Source: Eledone cirrhosa (lineage: Eukaryota). From it: a DNA stretch of 64,000 nt. Made by a program: the position numbers and the translations under genes. Below, piece after piece: positions 39,777 through 55,114 of this stretch. Positions within the stretch are counted from its first letter, which is position 1. Each line of letters begins with the position of its first letter. The notes beneath the pieces are model-generated. The model was not told the origin of the DNA and searched no databases. It was given only the letters and a program-made list of their open reading frames with translations. Where the stretch lies: contig OZ024740.1 in NCBI GenBank assembly GCA_964016885.1, forward strand, positions 56,048,001 through 56,112,000, given 5' to 3'.

Positions 39777-42039
39777 TTAAGTACAATCTGTGTGTGTCTG
39801 TGCCTGCATATATATCTAATTTATTCTCCCGCAGAAATCAACGTATGAGCTTCCAGTTCTATCAACTGGATGACTTGCTAAATTAACGTACGAAGAGGAA
39901 GAGTATTTAGCAGATATGTGTCCTCTTGGACATATTCTCAAATAGAGTCAATACTACAGAGTTGCAATTTTGTACTAAAGGTTCATCCATTTGATAAGTT
40001 ACCATTTAGTTTTAGTCTATCCTACTTCATTCACAGGGCTTGCGTGGACCCGAGGCTACGGTAGAATTCACCTATTCAAAATGTTACATAGTGGGACTAA
40101 ACTCGTGAACTACTTGATTGCCAAGCAAACATCGAGACCATTATGGATATCAGTAAAATATCCGCAAGAAATCTTAAACATCGGTGAGAAATTCAAAACC
40201 CTGGGTATTTTAAATTAAATTTGTTTGTAAAAATGTATTCTTCACCCTGATAAATGAAGCAAGCCAATGATTGACTCGTGGAAAACATTAGACAAACGAC
40301 ATCGATTGTTCACCATTTCGATATAAAATAAATAAGTAAATAAATAAATAAATAAATATTATATGCGTTTGTCTGAAAACGGGGAAATTTATGGAACTTT
40401 CAATCTCAATAAGTATAAGTTTTAGGTAATTACTGTAAATAGCCCTAGAGAATAGTTGTCGGCTGATGAAAATTCACTCAACACATTATTATTCCTTTGG
40501 TAATAAGCATGTTTTCATATCTTCTACGCTGGTAAACATTTCATATTAAAAATATTCTAGAATGAGATAATAGCATGGGAGAGTCACTTGTACAAAACCA
40601 AACGAATGGCTAGGTTTCCTTACACACATAGTATTTGTCTTCTTGTCAGAAACAGAGAGAGAAAGAGAGGCACATATATACACATATTTAATTCTCTGCA
40701 CATCTATCTATATATATATATATGTGTGTGTGTATGTATGTGTGTGAGTGTGTACACAGGCACATATATATGTGTACATATGTGTGTGCACGTCTATCTT
40801 ATGACAGTGTTTACCATTTCTGCCTTGAGTTATTGAGTTCCGCATCATCAAACACACTAATAATAGTTGTATCTATTACAGTTTAAGACTGAGCTGATGA
40901 TATGGTACATATCTCAAGAACCATTAGAAGGTCGAACTAGAAAATGCCTTGCAGTGCTTTAATTTATTTCGTATACATGTTGAGAGCAGTTGATTTTTAA
41001 ATGTTATCCCTTCGAGAATCAATATATTTACTTGACATACAATAGAAATGACGGGAAAATCACCCATGGATGTTTTCTGTGTAAAAAGAATAAAGAAGAG
41101 GAGGAATATTTGGTTCAATTTATTACGTACGCTTGCCCCCTCTTAATTATTTGTTTTTAACGCAGAAGGAGTTTCTGGTTAATTTCTCCAAGTTACTTTT
41201 ATTCGTCACATCTATCTATGATTACTCCCTTAAAATATTTATATATTTCATTGGTTAGAGCCTTGAAAATACTAGTAAGTCTATAATTTGCTTAGTATAT
41301 CTAACAAGACAAAAACTTGTCAGGAAATGTCACTGTACTTATCAAAGATCAGATTCAGCCTCGTATTACATGCCCTTATTTAACTTTTAAAATATTTTGT
41401 TCCGGGGTTGTTTTCATTGCTTTTCTTTGTTGCATCTAATAATTAAACTAATGATTTCTCCGTCTTGCGGATGTGGTTTTAATGAATTAAAACTGTTTTG
41501 TCCCACTACAATATTATATTTAGGCACAGACTTAAATATAGGGTAGGAATGAACAAATCCCGCTAAACACTTCTACCAACAAATGTTGGATTCTCTATGC
41601 TAGCGTATTAAACATTTATACTATCAAGTTTATGAATTGCAAGCAACGTTTAAGTATTTTACTTTCACCGCAGAAAAAATAAGTACTATAACTGACTAAG
41701 GTTGCACACACTCGCGTGTGATCGTGTGAGTATATGTAGTCAAGGTGGTATATACAGATTTCTAAACATATAAATATATTTCAGACAAAAACATATTCTT
41801 TTTATAAAAGAATATAGAAAAGAAATTATATTTATGGGTCCCAAACAATAATGGGATGGAATAAGCGAAGGAGTGGGGCATTTGCTTAAATTCTCATAAG
41901 CAGAGAGGGTGAAATAAACGGAGGGGTTGGGAAATCGGTAATTGTATAGTGTGTGTTCGTTAAGATGGGATTTCTTGTAATGTTCTATTTTTGTCATATA
42001 TAATGTTTTTTTAATGTAAAATATAATTATTATTAGATT

Positions 42040-42226
42040 CGGTGGATTGGCAGTATCGGTAGAGGGTCGGACGCCATGCTTTCCAGCATAGTTATGGCCC
42101 TTTACGATCTGAGTTCAAATCTCGCCGAGGTTGACTTTGCCTTTCATCCTTACGGGGTCGATAAAATAAAGTACCAGTAATGCACTGGGTAATTGCTGGC
42201 CTTGTGCCTAAAGTAGAAACAATTAT
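42040..42226 (+). mobile_element. tRNA-derived SINE (Nin/Deu-like core)
   Basis: Full copy of the family at 17924; attattagattc on both sides. Confidence 0.88.
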
Positions 42227-42919
42227 TAGATTCTTCGGCGAAATTTAATTGTAAGTGATTAATATAGATAGTAAAATGTTATTATAAGGGTGTGGGGGGA
42301 GTTGGAAAAAAATATGAAATTAATAATCGGGGAGGGGGATTATTCAAGACCTGAGAATAAATATTTTGTGCCAAATCAAAGTCAGAAAAAGTATATCAGG
42401 GACATTTTTTAGTGATAGAAGTCAGGTTATTACTGTTGATGTTGCTTAGTCCCAGATCACATTTGATACAAGAGACTATTGATAAAAAAAACATTTCAGC
42501 TATGATCATCTAGGAATAAATAAAAGTACATTCGTTTAATATTTTCTTCATTCTTTAAATAAAACGATGGTATGGTGTAAGGAGCACTTGACGACTAGCA
42601 AGGTAAGAGGATGTTCGGTTAGGACAGTTGTCAGTGTCAGGCGAATGTTTAGCTGTAATTGTTCCGGCGCTTTACATTCTGAGATCAAATTCTGCAGAGG
42701 TCACTCTTTGCCTTTCATCCTTCCAAGATCGAGAAAATAAATTACCAATCAAGTACTAGGATCGATATAATCGAATATCCCTCCTTCCCCACCTCCAATG
42801 AGGTCGAGCAGAAAAGTTTATAGAACGAATTGCGTTAGTGATGATGATCATGTTGGTAGTGGGTGTAGTGATGGTGGTGACGAGAATGATGATGTTAGTG
42901 TTGTTGATGTTGATGATGG

Positions 42920-42952
<33 letters not shown>

Positions 42953-43605
42953 GGAGGAGGAGGAGGAGGGGGGGGGGGAGAAGACGAAGAGAACGAGTGG
43001 TGGGAGGAATCTACATTTACTTCACTTTAGCCATTGATGTTACCGTCATTGAAGATACCCGCTATTTTAGCCAGCATCGAACCCCTTCCCCAGACTCCCT
43101 CACAATCCGCCCTTCACCGCCCTCTAAAAACACCTACCAGCACCACCACTTTCATCACCCACACCACCACTTCCAACATCATAATAATCCACCAGGAGAA
43201 GAGCTACAACCACCTCCATCACCCTCAGCATCATCGCACATCACACCCAAGCTCTGTAATTACAGTTCCGATCGTTCGTTTGTTTCACAGTCCCTTCAAC
43301 CTTCAATAGACGCCTTTTTTATAGTTCCACAACGTCCTCTCAAACACACACAGACACACGCACACACACAGACACACGCACACACACAAACACACGCGCA
43401 CGTCTGCACACACACAGACACACGCAAACACACACACACTACACACACATATATATATATATATATACACGCATAGATATATATCACAGACTTACATAAA
43501 CACACACATGCACATTTTCTATATCTGTTTTCTTTCTTTCTTCAATCTTCCTAAATATGTGCCTACACACACAAACACACTCACACACACACACACATAT
43601 ATGTT

Positions 43606-43686
<81 letters not shown>

Positions 43687-43699
43687 TGAGAGAGAGAGA

Positions 43700-43771
<72 letters not shown>

Positions 43772-44049
43772 CATATATATATAAATGGAATAGAATGAAA
43801 CGAAATTTCATTTCTTACTCTTAGTACGGCAGTTACTTAACCGAACATTATAATAAATGTTCGGTAAACCGATACGTGCATATATATATGTGTGCATGTA
43901 TGTATATATATACATACTACTGTACGTCTGTATACATATATGTATGTACGTGTACATACATACTTAGATATATATATATAAACAAATATGTAAGAAAACT
44001 TCGAAACAATGGAAAGATTTAAAGCAGTATATATATATATATATATAAA

Positions 44050-44112
<63 letters not shown>

Positions 44113-44611
44113 TATGTATACTCTCAAATATACCGACGCACTATCAGTTTTTCTTTTCTTCTGCTTTAAATCTTTCCATAGTGGTGGACGATCAGTTTCG
44201 AAGTTTTCTTACATATTTGTTTATAGTTGAGGATTTAGTTGTAGTTGAATTTGTTTTTTTGTTTTTATTTTTTCAGCGAAATTTTGCTCAGCCGTTCAGA
44301 ATATGAATGAAATGTCCGCGTCACTTTTATCATATACATATATATTCAATCACATATATTTTTATTGTTTGACCCGAATTACTTGGTCGTTTATTTTGGC
44401 TGAGCGGATGATTTGTTTAACCACCATCTCAGTGTGTTTGGCCCTTAACGTATGTTGTAGCTCTGATTCATATGAATCATCGAGCGCTTGCCACACATCT
44501 CGGAAGTTGATTTTCGTTAATTCCTGAGCTGAAGTACGATTCTCGGTAATTTATATTTATATATATATATATATATATTAAAATAACAGATTAAAGTTTA
44601 AGCAAAGAATC

Positions 44612-44693
<82 letters not shown>

Positions 44694-44952
44694 ATATATA
44701 TATATAGGAGGTGAGTTTTATTGTAGTAAAATAAAGCAATATGTTGATTTATTGTAGTACAATAGAGCAATATGTTGATTTAAAAGTGCACTATCCACAA
44801 GTGTTTTTTGACCTTCATATCATGTCTTCCTGTTTTATCTGATGAAAACACAAATATTATTGCATGATGATATTTGTTTTTGAAATGCGCATAATAAAAT
44901 ATATGGAACTCTTTTAACCATCTTTTGTTCTTATATATATTATATATATATA

Positions 44953-45000
<48 letters not shown>

Positions 45001-46191
45001 TTGCGAGGTTTTTTATATGAAATCGTGTGTCGAAACAGATATTGTTATATTTGGGGAGGGTCATATTTGCGTAATATTGCCAGAATTAATAACAGAACAC
45101 ACTCACTGTTTGGTTGGTTTTCGCTTCTCGCTGTCTTTTATATATATATATCTGCGATCTAACTTACTCGGTCCTCAATGTTGCCATTGACTGACCGGCG
45201 GTCAAAAATAATACAGATACAATATAGACAAACACATATATATATAGTTTACATAAATCTTTCGTTGCACATCTGCAACATCGTCAGTGGTGTTATATTC
45301 ATTGTTCCTCCTGTTGTGTTGTATGTCTACGCCATTTTTTTTGTTCAGTCTGTCTATATATTTATTTATTTATTTGCTTGTTTGTTTATCTTATTTTATT
45401 TTGTCTTCTTTGCGCATGCGTTTGCGTGTGTGTATAGTGTTATGTGTGATGTGTGATGTGTGACTAGTGTGTATAGTGTTGTCTGCTGGGTGACTAGTGT
45501 GTGTTTATGTGCTTGTGTATGTATTTATTTATCTTATTTTATTTAATTTAATTTACTTATTTATTTATACTTCTCTTAGGTCAGTGTTGTTTGTTTGGGT
45601 GTTGTTGTTGTTCCACTCATTCTTTCTGTTTAGCTTTGGTCTTCTAATTTCTATTTCACTGGCCTCTCTGATTTGCCTATCTGCTGGGTCATTCCTATGT
45701 TTAGATATCATTCTAATTTCTATGTTGTCTATGTTACCGTCATGATGTTGTCTAGCATGTTCGTATAGTACTGACCCGTTTTTTCGTCCTTTTAGTTCCC
45801 CCCAGTGTTGGTCTATCCTTTCACCTATGCTACGAGCTGTCTCACCTATGTATGTTGTTGTCGTGTTTCTGCAAGTACCCTCTGTACATCTTATGCTATA
45901 GACTACGTTTCTAGTTTTACAGTTTATCCGGGGGTTCACCTTACATATGATACATTTCCTATTGGTACAGTGGGTTTTCTTAAAAGGGTAGGTTTTGCTG
46001 ATCAGGGATTTTATGGTGGTTCCTGGCTTTTCTACCACCTTTATTTTTAAGTGGGTCTTTCTCAGGGCCTTTCTACACTGGTTAGCTAATTTCCCTCCAG
46101 GGGTGGCGTCCACAAACATGACACTCTGATATCTCTGGTTGTCGTACCATGATGTGGCCTTCCCTATCTTATGTCTAGCCCTATCTAAGCT

Positions 46192-48282
46192 ATGCCGAAC
46201 TACATCGAGGCAATGCAACCCCACATCACCAACACGAGCGAAGTTGCACAACTAACACACGATGGGAGAGAAAAAATCCTCAACGCTCACATGATGATGT
46301 GGACTGACATCCTAAAGCCAAGCAGACGCACTGCCAACAACTTCCAGGCGTCTAACAATGGCATACCACCCTTGTATGGGCTCCGCAAAGACCACAAGAC
46401 AGTCGACGACCCGACAATAGGACCACCAACAAGACCTGTATGCGGAGCTAATATAGCTAGCAACTACAGGATCTCCTACTTCCTCTCAATGGTTATACGC
46501 CCCATAATCAAGATGTCCCCAGATGTATGTGAAAGTACAGAGGACCTCCTCAGCAGAATCAGTGAGTGCAACAAAAACAGGAGCCTATCCAACTGCATAA
46601 TAGGCAGCATGGATGTGGTGTCACTGTACCCATCCATTAACATTGATTTTGCTGTGAAAAGATGTGTGGAGATGATCATTGAGAGTGAGGTGGAGTTCTG
46701 CGACGTCGACACAGACGAACTGGGCCTCCTACTTAGACTTACCTACGACACTGACTACCTAGACAGCCATGACCTTAGATGTTTCTGCCCTAGTAGACCT
46801 ATAAGAGGTAGACCCCCCACCATAACCTCAATGGCTAAAAAGACTCCCATAGGAAGGTGGATTGGGTGGACCAAAGCTATACGGACCCCCCAAAACACTG
46901 ATCAGGTAAGAAAAATGGTCGCACATGCAATAGGGGCTAGTATCAAGACTACCCTAAAGGGCCACATATTTAAGTTCAATGAGAAAATCTACACCCAAAA
47001 TGAGGGAGCAGCCATCGGCGTCAGCATAGCTGGCGATGTTGCCAACCTTTTCATGGTATGGTGGGAAAGGAGACTTAAAGATCTCCTTAATGAAAGCTCC
47101 ATAGACCTCATCATGTACTCTCGTTATGTAGACGATATCAATATAGTTATAAGAACACCCCCACTAGAGAGCACTAACAAGTTTGATTTAGAACGTAGCA
47201 CGATGGAAAGCATCCAGCAGATAGCTAATTCCATACACCAGAGTATAACTGTAACTATAGACTTCCCTTCCAAACACCCTAACAATAGACTACCTGTATT
47301 AGACACAGAACTCTGGATTAACACTATAGACGAGAGAGCCCAAATTCTCCACTCACACTATGCTAAACCCATGGCCTCCAAATACCTGATACTCAAAAAC
47401 TCAGCAATGTCCAGTAGTGCTAAGTTTAATATTCTGATCGCAGATTTGGTACGAGTGATGAAGAATGTGTCTAGCATGTGCGACCCAACAGAAATGGAAG
47501 GACACATCCAACACTTCATCAACCGCATGCAGTTCTCTGGCTACAACCAAAGAGACAGAGTCAGAGTATACGAAGGAGCCATGGAAAAGTATAAGACCCT
47601 CATAGAACTGGACATGAAAGGAATTTGCCCACTATACAGGAGCAAATCATGGAATAGCTTAGATAGGGCTAGACATAAGATAGGGAAGGCCACATCATGG
47701 TACGACAACCAGAGATATCAGAGTGTCATGTTTGTGGACGCCACCCCTGGAGGGAAATTAGCTAACCAGTGTAGAAAGGCCCTGAGAAAGACCCACTTAA
47801 AAATAAAGGTGGTAGAAAAGCCAGGAACCACCATAAAATCCCTGATCAGCAAAACCTACCCTTTTAAGAAAACCCACTGTACCAATAGGAAATGTATCAT
47901 ATGTAAGGTGAACCCCCGGATAAACTGTAAAACTAGAAACGTAGTCTATAGCATAAGATGTACAGAGGGTACTTGCAGAAACACGACAACAACATACATA
48001 GGTGAGACAGCTCGTAGCATAGGTGAAAGGATAGACCAACACTGGGGGGAACTAAAAGGACGAAAAAACGGGTCAGTACTATACGAACATGCTAGACAAC
48101 ATCATGACGGTAACATAGACAACATAGAAATTAGAATGATATCTAAACATAGGAATGACCCAGCAGATAGGCAAATCAGAGAGGCCAGTGAAATAGAAAT
48201 TAGAAGACCAAAGCTAAACAGAAAGAATGAGTGGAACAACAACAACACCCAAACAAACAACACTGACCTAAGAGAAGTATAA
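46192..48282 (+). CDS. PLE reverse transcriptase + GIY-YIG endonuclease (uninterrupted, N-terminally truncated)
   Basis: LYGLRKDHK, RPVCG, GSMDVVSLYPSI, QNEGAAIG, YSRYVDDI, LPVLD, CTNRKCIIC, NVVYSIRC..YIGETARSIGERIDQH, REA..I..RPKLN. Confidence 0.95.
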   Translation: MPNYIEAMQPHITNTSEVAQLTHDGREKILNAHMMMWTDILKPSRRTANNFQASNNGIPPLYGLRKDHKTVDDPTIGPPTRPVCGANIASNYRISYFLSMVIRPIIKMSPDVCESTEDLLSRISECNKNRSLSNCIIGSMDVVSLYPSINIDFAVKRCVEMIIESEVEFCDVDTDELGLLLRLTYDTDYLDSHDLRCFCPSRPIRGRPPTITSMAKKTPIGRWIGWTKAIRTPQNTDQVRKMVAHAIGASIKTTLKGHIFKFNEKIYTQNEGAAIGVSIAGDVANLFMVWWERRLKDLLNESSIDLIMYSRYVDDINIVIRTPPLESTNKFDLERSTMESIQQIANSIHQSITVTIDFPSKHPNNRLPVLDTELWINTIDERAQILHSHYAKPMASKYLILKNSAMSSSAKFNILIADLVRVMKNVSSMCDPTEMEGHIQHFINRMQFSGYNQRDRVRVYEGAMEKYKTLIELDMKGICPLYRSKSWNSLDRARHKIGKATSWYDNQRYQSVMFVDATPGGKLANQCRKALRKTHLKIKVVEKPGTTIKSLISKTYPFKKTHCTNRKCIICKVNPRINCKTRNVVYSIRCTEGTCRNTTTTYIGETARSIGERIDQHWGELKGRKNGSVLYEHARQHHDGNIDNIEIRMISKHRNDPADRQIREASEIEIRRPKLNRKNEWNNNNTQTNNTDLREV

Positions 48283-48557
48283 ATAAATAAGTAAATTAAA
48301 TTAAATAAAATAAGATAAATAAATACATACACAAGCACATAAACACACACTAGTCACCCAGCAGACAACACTATACACACTAGTCACACATCACACATCA
48401 CACATAACACTATACACACACGCAAACGCATGCGCAAAGAAGACAAAATAAAATAAGATAAACAAACAAGCAAATAAATAAATAAATATATAGACAGACT
48501 GAACAAAAAAAATGGCGTAGACATACAACACAACAGGAGGAACAATGAATATAACAC

Positions 48558-48595
48558 CACTGACGATGTTGCAGATGTGCAACGAAAGATTTATG
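48558..48595 (+). ncRNA. Minimal hammerhead-like motif in 3' UTR (mirror copy 45252-45289 on minus)
   Basis: ca-CTGACGA-t-GTTGCA(gatg)TGCAAC-GAAA-gatt-TA-tg. Confidence 0.65.
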
Positions 48596-48800
48596 TAAAC
48601 TATATATATATGTGTTTGTCTATATTGTATCTGTATTATTTTTGACCGCCGGTCAGTCAATGGCAACATTGAGGACCGAGTAAGTTAGATCGCAGATATA
48701 TATATATAAAAGACAGCGAGAAGCGAAAACCAACCAAACAGTGAGTGTGTTCTGTTATTAATTCTGGCAATATTACGCAAATATGACCCTCCCCAAATAT

Positions 48801-48924
<124 letters not shown>

Positions 48925-48956
48925 GTATATATATAATGTATATTTAATATATATAT

Positions 48957-49477
<521 letters not shown>

Positions 49478-49670
49478 AGAGAGAGGGAGAGAGACAGAGG
49501 GAGACAGAGAGGGAGAGACAGAGAGACAAACACAGGCACGCACAAATATGCACACACAGACGTATATACAAACACACATACACACAGACAAACAGACACA
49601 CAGACAGATATATATTGCAAACTTGACTGTCACCACAGAATATTAACCTGAAGATTGCGAAAGAATGTAA

Positions 49671-49713
<43 letters not shown>

Positions 49714-49894
49714 AAAAGAGTCAGGACCCCGGCGGCTGAGCTCCGGCCGTTTCGACAGCTAGATCCAAACTAAACCAGTAATATCCTGATTCTTTTCCTA
49801 TTACCCACTCTACTACTCTAAGTATCGAGTACTCTGGTGCGTTATAATCCATGGTTCCTCACCACACATTCTTCGTTATATATATATATATATA

Positions 49895-50105
49895 TTTATT
49901 AAAATAACAGATTAAAGTTTAAGCAAAGAATCGTTGCTTTCACTCTTAACAGGATCTTCAGAAGATCCCGTTAAGGGTGAAAGCAGCGATTCTTTGCTTA
50001 AACTTTAATCTGTTATTTTAATAAATTTGCTCTACGGTTCTTATATATTTGATATATCCTTATCGAGCCCTCTTTGGATTTTAGTCTTCAAATTTATTAT
50101 TATTA
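49895..50105. mobile_element. Fold-back remnant centred on an HHR-like core; relative at 44577-44615
   Basis: Arms 49895-49958 / 49961-50025; ctgaaga-tcc..gaaa at the centre. Confidence 0.7.
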
Positions 50106-50119
50106 CTATATATATATTT

Positions 50120-50927
50120 TTTTTTTCGTTGTTTCACCATCTTTGTTTGTTTACACTCTCGCTGTCCCCTTTATTTACGTGTCCCAACGACTTTTTTTAG
50201 CCGTTGCTCGCACCAGCCGGAGGTATATGGTCTTTAAAGCGAAGTAATACCTGTGATGGCTGGAAGATCACTGATGAAGGACCACTTTATTCATATGTAA
50301 CCCATTTGCAACCACGCAGCACGTTTATTCTTATATTTACACATATTTTTCCCCCGCTGTGACCCGTCTATTTCGTTCTTACTGCTTCCTCTTTCTCTGT
50401 ATCTTTACCCTCTCTAACAGTCACTCTCTCTGTTAGCCTCTTCCTCACCCTTCACTCACTCACTCTCTGTTACTACCTCTCCTCCTCCTCCTTCTTCCCG
50501 TTTGACCTGTGCGTAATTCTTTTCTTTCGCACGCTTGGTCAGGCTGGTTCGCCTTTTTTCTCTCTCTCGTCTACGATTTCACAGAACTTATGTTCACTGA
50601 ATTCACAGACTAGACCCCGTCTTCCTCCCGTTAGACCTGTACGGAATTCCTTCCTTGCTCACATTCCAACCAGGTTTGATGGTCTTTATTCTCTCTCGTT
50701 CACAATTTCACCGAACATATGTTCATGGAAATTTAGGATTTTACTCGTTCTTCCTCACTTTTCGTTGCTTCACCATCTTTGTTTGTTTACACTCTCGCTG
50801 TTCCCTTTATTTACGTGTCCCAACGACCTTTTTTAGCCGTTGCTTGCACCAAACGGGGGTATATGGTCTTTAAAGCGAAGAAATACCTGTGATGGTTGGA
50901 AGATCACTGACGAAGGACCACTTTATT

Positions 50928-50930
<3 letters not shown>
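50120..50930 (+). mobile_element. Non-coding repeat family X: 636-bp unit plus about 170-bp terminal redundancy
   Basis: 50125-50293 repeated at 50761-50929; structured core 50213-50277 and 50849-50913. Confidence 0.8.
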
Positions 50931-50982
<52 letters not shown>

Positions 50983-51132
50983 ATATATATGCGTGTGTGT
51001 GTGTACATATATATATATGTGTGTGTGTATATTTACATATATATATATATGTGTGTGTGTGTGTGTACATATATATATATATGTGTGTGTGTGTGTATAT
51101 ACATATATATATATATATATACATATATATAC

Positions 51133-51219
<87 letters not shown>

Positions 51220-51237
51220 ATATATGTATGTATGTAT

Positions 51238-52392
51238 AAAGAATACAAGAAACAAACAAACAAGGGGATGCATTAACAAACAGTATTATTACTTTCACGC
51301 TTAAAATAGAGTTAAACAGTAAACGTATCGGGCATTTGCCCTTCATCGGGAATTGCAGATTTCGGAGTGTAGAAAAAAAATGAATAAAAAGGAAAAACGT
51401 GAAGAAAATAACAAAAATAAAAGAAAATTTAAAAGAAAATTAAAGGGAGATGGGTAAGAGGAGGAGTTATGATGGGTGGGGGAGTGGCCCGGCGGCCGGG
51501 GCTTGGGCTCGAGGTGAGGGTTGCAGACGTATAGTTGGTGGTTGTTTGTAGGTGGGATGTATATTATAATGCGTGTATGCATGTGCGGGTGTTAAGTATA
51601 TTGATGGTGGAAGTGTGTGTACACATGTGCCCGTACACGCACTCACACGCATCAATATGCACACAAACATACACATGTATATGTGTACACACATATACAC
51701 ATGTACGCGTGTACACGCGCAAATTTGCACACATGCACATTCGTAGATGCGTGCGTGTTTTGGATTGTGTATCGCGCGTGTCCTTCTGTACGCACCTGTG
51801 CATGTGTGTACGTGTGTATGTTTGTATGTGTGTTTGGCAGGTATGTGTGGTTGTTGGTGTGTATTGGGTGGTTACCTGTATTAGTGTATATATGTGTGGG
51901 GATACGGTGGGGTGGGTTTTTTATCTAGTAATGTCCAAATTGGTAAGTCCGATGTATATTGTGGTCGTGTCTAAAGTGGAAAAGAAAGGAATGGTGGGTG
52001 AGTGGTAGACACACAATGTGTGTTGGTGCCGGTGTGTGTGTGTGTGTTGGAGATGGTGGTGTCAGAGTTCTAAGGGAGGACTAGATGTGTGTTATGGTCA
52101 TCGGTCAAATAGAGTGTAGGTGACGGAAGGTGAGTGAGTGTGTAGTGAGAAAGGGAGTGATTAGGTAATGTTCTAGGTGTGACAAAATGGGAGCTGCCAG
52201 GGCGAATGGTAAGGATGGTGTAGCAGTGTCTCTGGTGGTAGTGGTGGTGAAGGTGATAGTGTAGGTGGTGATTAAGGTGATGGAGTGAACGGCAGATGTG
52301 TTTGTGAGGGAGTTTGTTTATATTCTCTTTGTGGTGGGGGGGTGATGGTAGTGTTGGTGAGACGTGCGCGCGCAGATGCACACGCGCACTCA
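51238..52392 (-). mobile_element. Probable 3' region of another decayed PLE (CA-rich) with degenerate HHR at about 51320-51350
   Basis: Minus strand cCGATGA-a-GGGC(aaat)GCCC-GATA; microsatellite flanks; no clear protein motif. Confidence 0.4.
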
Positions 52393-52745
52393 TATATATA
52401 TATACATATATATATTAAATCATATAAGAAATGTTCATGTAAATAAACATTTTTGGAACCTCGTCATGAAAAATTTGAAGCGCTGATTAGTCACCACTGT
52501 TTTTCAGCAGCCCAGCAAGCGAGGGCTTTCTAATGGCACCGTTTCTGGTTCCTTAACCGTCAGCAAAGACTCTTACTACATCGTGGATGCTAAGACGAAA
52601 ATAAGCTAAAAGCTTATAGGTTTTATGCTTATAATCATCGGTTGGCGAAGCTCATTTGCATACAGAGCAACATCTGTTGAACTCTAATCAATGAAAGGAG
52701 GAACTGATATAGCGGGGTTGATAGGTGATTGAAGTTATATATTAA

Positions 52746-52961
52746 TACTTTAGCATTTAAACCGGTTATATCCGGTTATATCTCTCACCTGTTTCAGTTC
52801 AAACTTTCTGTTAGCGGCCGCTCATACTGATGTTAGGTATGGTTCTCAAAATATAAATATCAAAGTCCCATAGATTCGATACTATGTGAGATAATTATTT
52901 AAGGTAAACACTTTACCATGAAAATATATACTAAATATAGAGTAATGTAAATGCTAAAGAG
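52746..52961. mobile_element. TTAA-flanked MITE (piggyBac/Kolobok-like)
   Basis: TTAA-tactttagcattta ... taaatgctaaagag-TTAA. Confidence 0.6.
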
Positions 52962-55114
52962 TTAAATCACATACGAAATGTTAATGTAAATAAACATGAG
53001 CTTCGTCAGCCGATGTTCATAAGCATACAACCTATAAAATAAAAAGCACAAAAGCGAGACTCATCAGCTAGACACGTGATATCAAATATTGCATAGAACT
53101 TAACAGAAATCAAATTCTTCCACATTTAGCCATAGTGCTACACTGTTGACTATAATTATGTACTCAATACTGTCGCTGATTAGAGGGACTCACAGTTGAA
53201 ACCAATTGATTTTAGAAGAACTGTGCAAATGTGAATGATTTATTTCAGACTTTTAGCAGCAGATAGGAGGTTATGAGGCTTAAATTGAGAATCGAAATCC
53301 GTTCGCAAGTTAAACTCATCAGGGAAAGATAACTCTTGTTTATCTATGCTGTTTACGTTGTAGATATATTAATTACATATGACTGTCTTAAACTTAACGT
53401 TCTTATTCTTTATGTTAATGATATTGACAAAAACGCAAAGAAAATACAGAAGAAAATGAGATAACAAGAAATCGTTGACAAGTTAGTAGCGTATTTTTAC
53501 ACATTAGTTTTATATCTATTTAAACCCTAATTAAAAGCAGTCTTTGACGAAATTGTTACTTCGCTATATTTTAATTAAAATTTGACTGGTGATATTTTGT
53601 CAGGAGACCACACGATATTTCACTCTTATCGTTTTATGTTAAGATTATTGGAGATTCTAAAATTTATAAATATATCAAATTAACCAGTCTCTTTCTGTTT
53701 AATATGAAATCAAAATTTCCAAAAATTAAAACTTACTTGTATAATTAAAATAATTAAGAAATCTTCAATATACATAAATAGATAAATGAATATATGAATA
53801 AATAAATAAATTAAAGAAAGAGGGAGGGAGAGAGAAAAGGAAATAAACAGTACATGAAATGTTCACGAATTGATTTTAATTTTATGAAGAAAAACAAGAT
53901 CCAATTTTTGTAGTTCTTTATAGTTCAAGCGCGGCAGAAAACCTAATTTTAATTAAGAATTCAAATGTGTTATAGTTCACTTAATGATAAAAAAAAATGT
54001 TGATATTTGTAAATTTAAAAGACTGATCAATAACAAAATTAGATTTGTTGTCTGATTGAATTTTCAATTTTTTTAATCTTTTTACTTTATATTTTCGTTA
54101 CAAAATTTTTCCACGAAAATTAAGAACATATTAAACGATTTCAGTAATTAAAAATACAATAGAAATTTCAGCTATTTTTAAAATTCATGTAAACCAATCT
54201 CTAAATACCACAAATTAATTTTCAGCAAATTCTGTGCAAATATATAAATCTATGTTAAAATCAAGTAATTTGAAATGAAATCACTAGTAATACTAAAAAT
54301 GAAAAGGGGATATAAACTTTTAATATTGTAAATGATAGTTTGCTGATACACATATTTTCTTCTTTATGTGCGAGTCGAAGTGATTAGACAAATTAAGTTG
54401 TTATTTCGGTGTACATTCAATCCGTATAGTCACTAATGGAAATAATATCGACATTTGATTTACAGTTAAAACAATTAAAATAGAACTGAGCTCTGTAATA
54501 ACAGTTATTTCCGTAATACTATATGAATTCAAAATCATTTCAAGATATCAGTTACTCATGTAGCTAATATTGCATCACAAAACATTTGCTAATAAGGCAG
54601 GGCCACTAATTCGCATCTCCCTCAGCCCATAACCAGTTTTCCAAGCTCAAACCTGCGAATTAGCAGAGTTGTTACTGAGTGGCATTAAATGCCTCGGTAT
54701 TTGTTCAGTTCTCTGTGATATGAATTCAAATATTACCGACATCAATTTTCCTTTCATTTTTCAGCGTCGATAAATAAAGAACAATTCCAAATATGAAGAA
54801 TGGGACAGAATGCTTTGCGTTGTCGGATTTTGCTTTAGACGTTCTAGTTTCAAATTCTGTCTCCTTCTGTTAGATTTTGCGAGTAGCAAATATTATCAGT
54901 AATGGAAATATCAATAGAAACATTGCTTCCTTAGTCTGATCTGATGATCATTTCGTGGAATTTGGTTAATGGAAAATATGCAGAAGACTGCCAAATAAAT
55001 GATAAAGTTACGACAGTAATTAATATCTTTGATCTTAGCATTCATATATCAGTGCGACATAGCATTGTACATATAGCAACAACCAATTCAATATTTAGCT
55101 TTTACTTAACGAAG

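Noticed and set aside
42838-43476. 212-aa Met/Arg/His-rich ORF (also poly-N/V/L ORFs at 58072-58651)
   Set aside because: Driven by (GAT)n, (GAG)n, (CAC)n and (TTG)n low-complexity tracts.
45565-46251. 228-aa stand-alone GIY-YIG ORF on the minus strand
   Set aside because: It is the inverted arm of the adjacent PLE; its N-terminus is antisense RT sequence read across the junction.
50213-50263. Family X hairpin as a SECIS element or C/D snoRNA
   Set aside because: The GA/AG pairs face the basal helix with the bulge on the 3' strand, opposite to SECIS geometry. There is no upstream ORF, and box order does not fit a C/D snoRNA.
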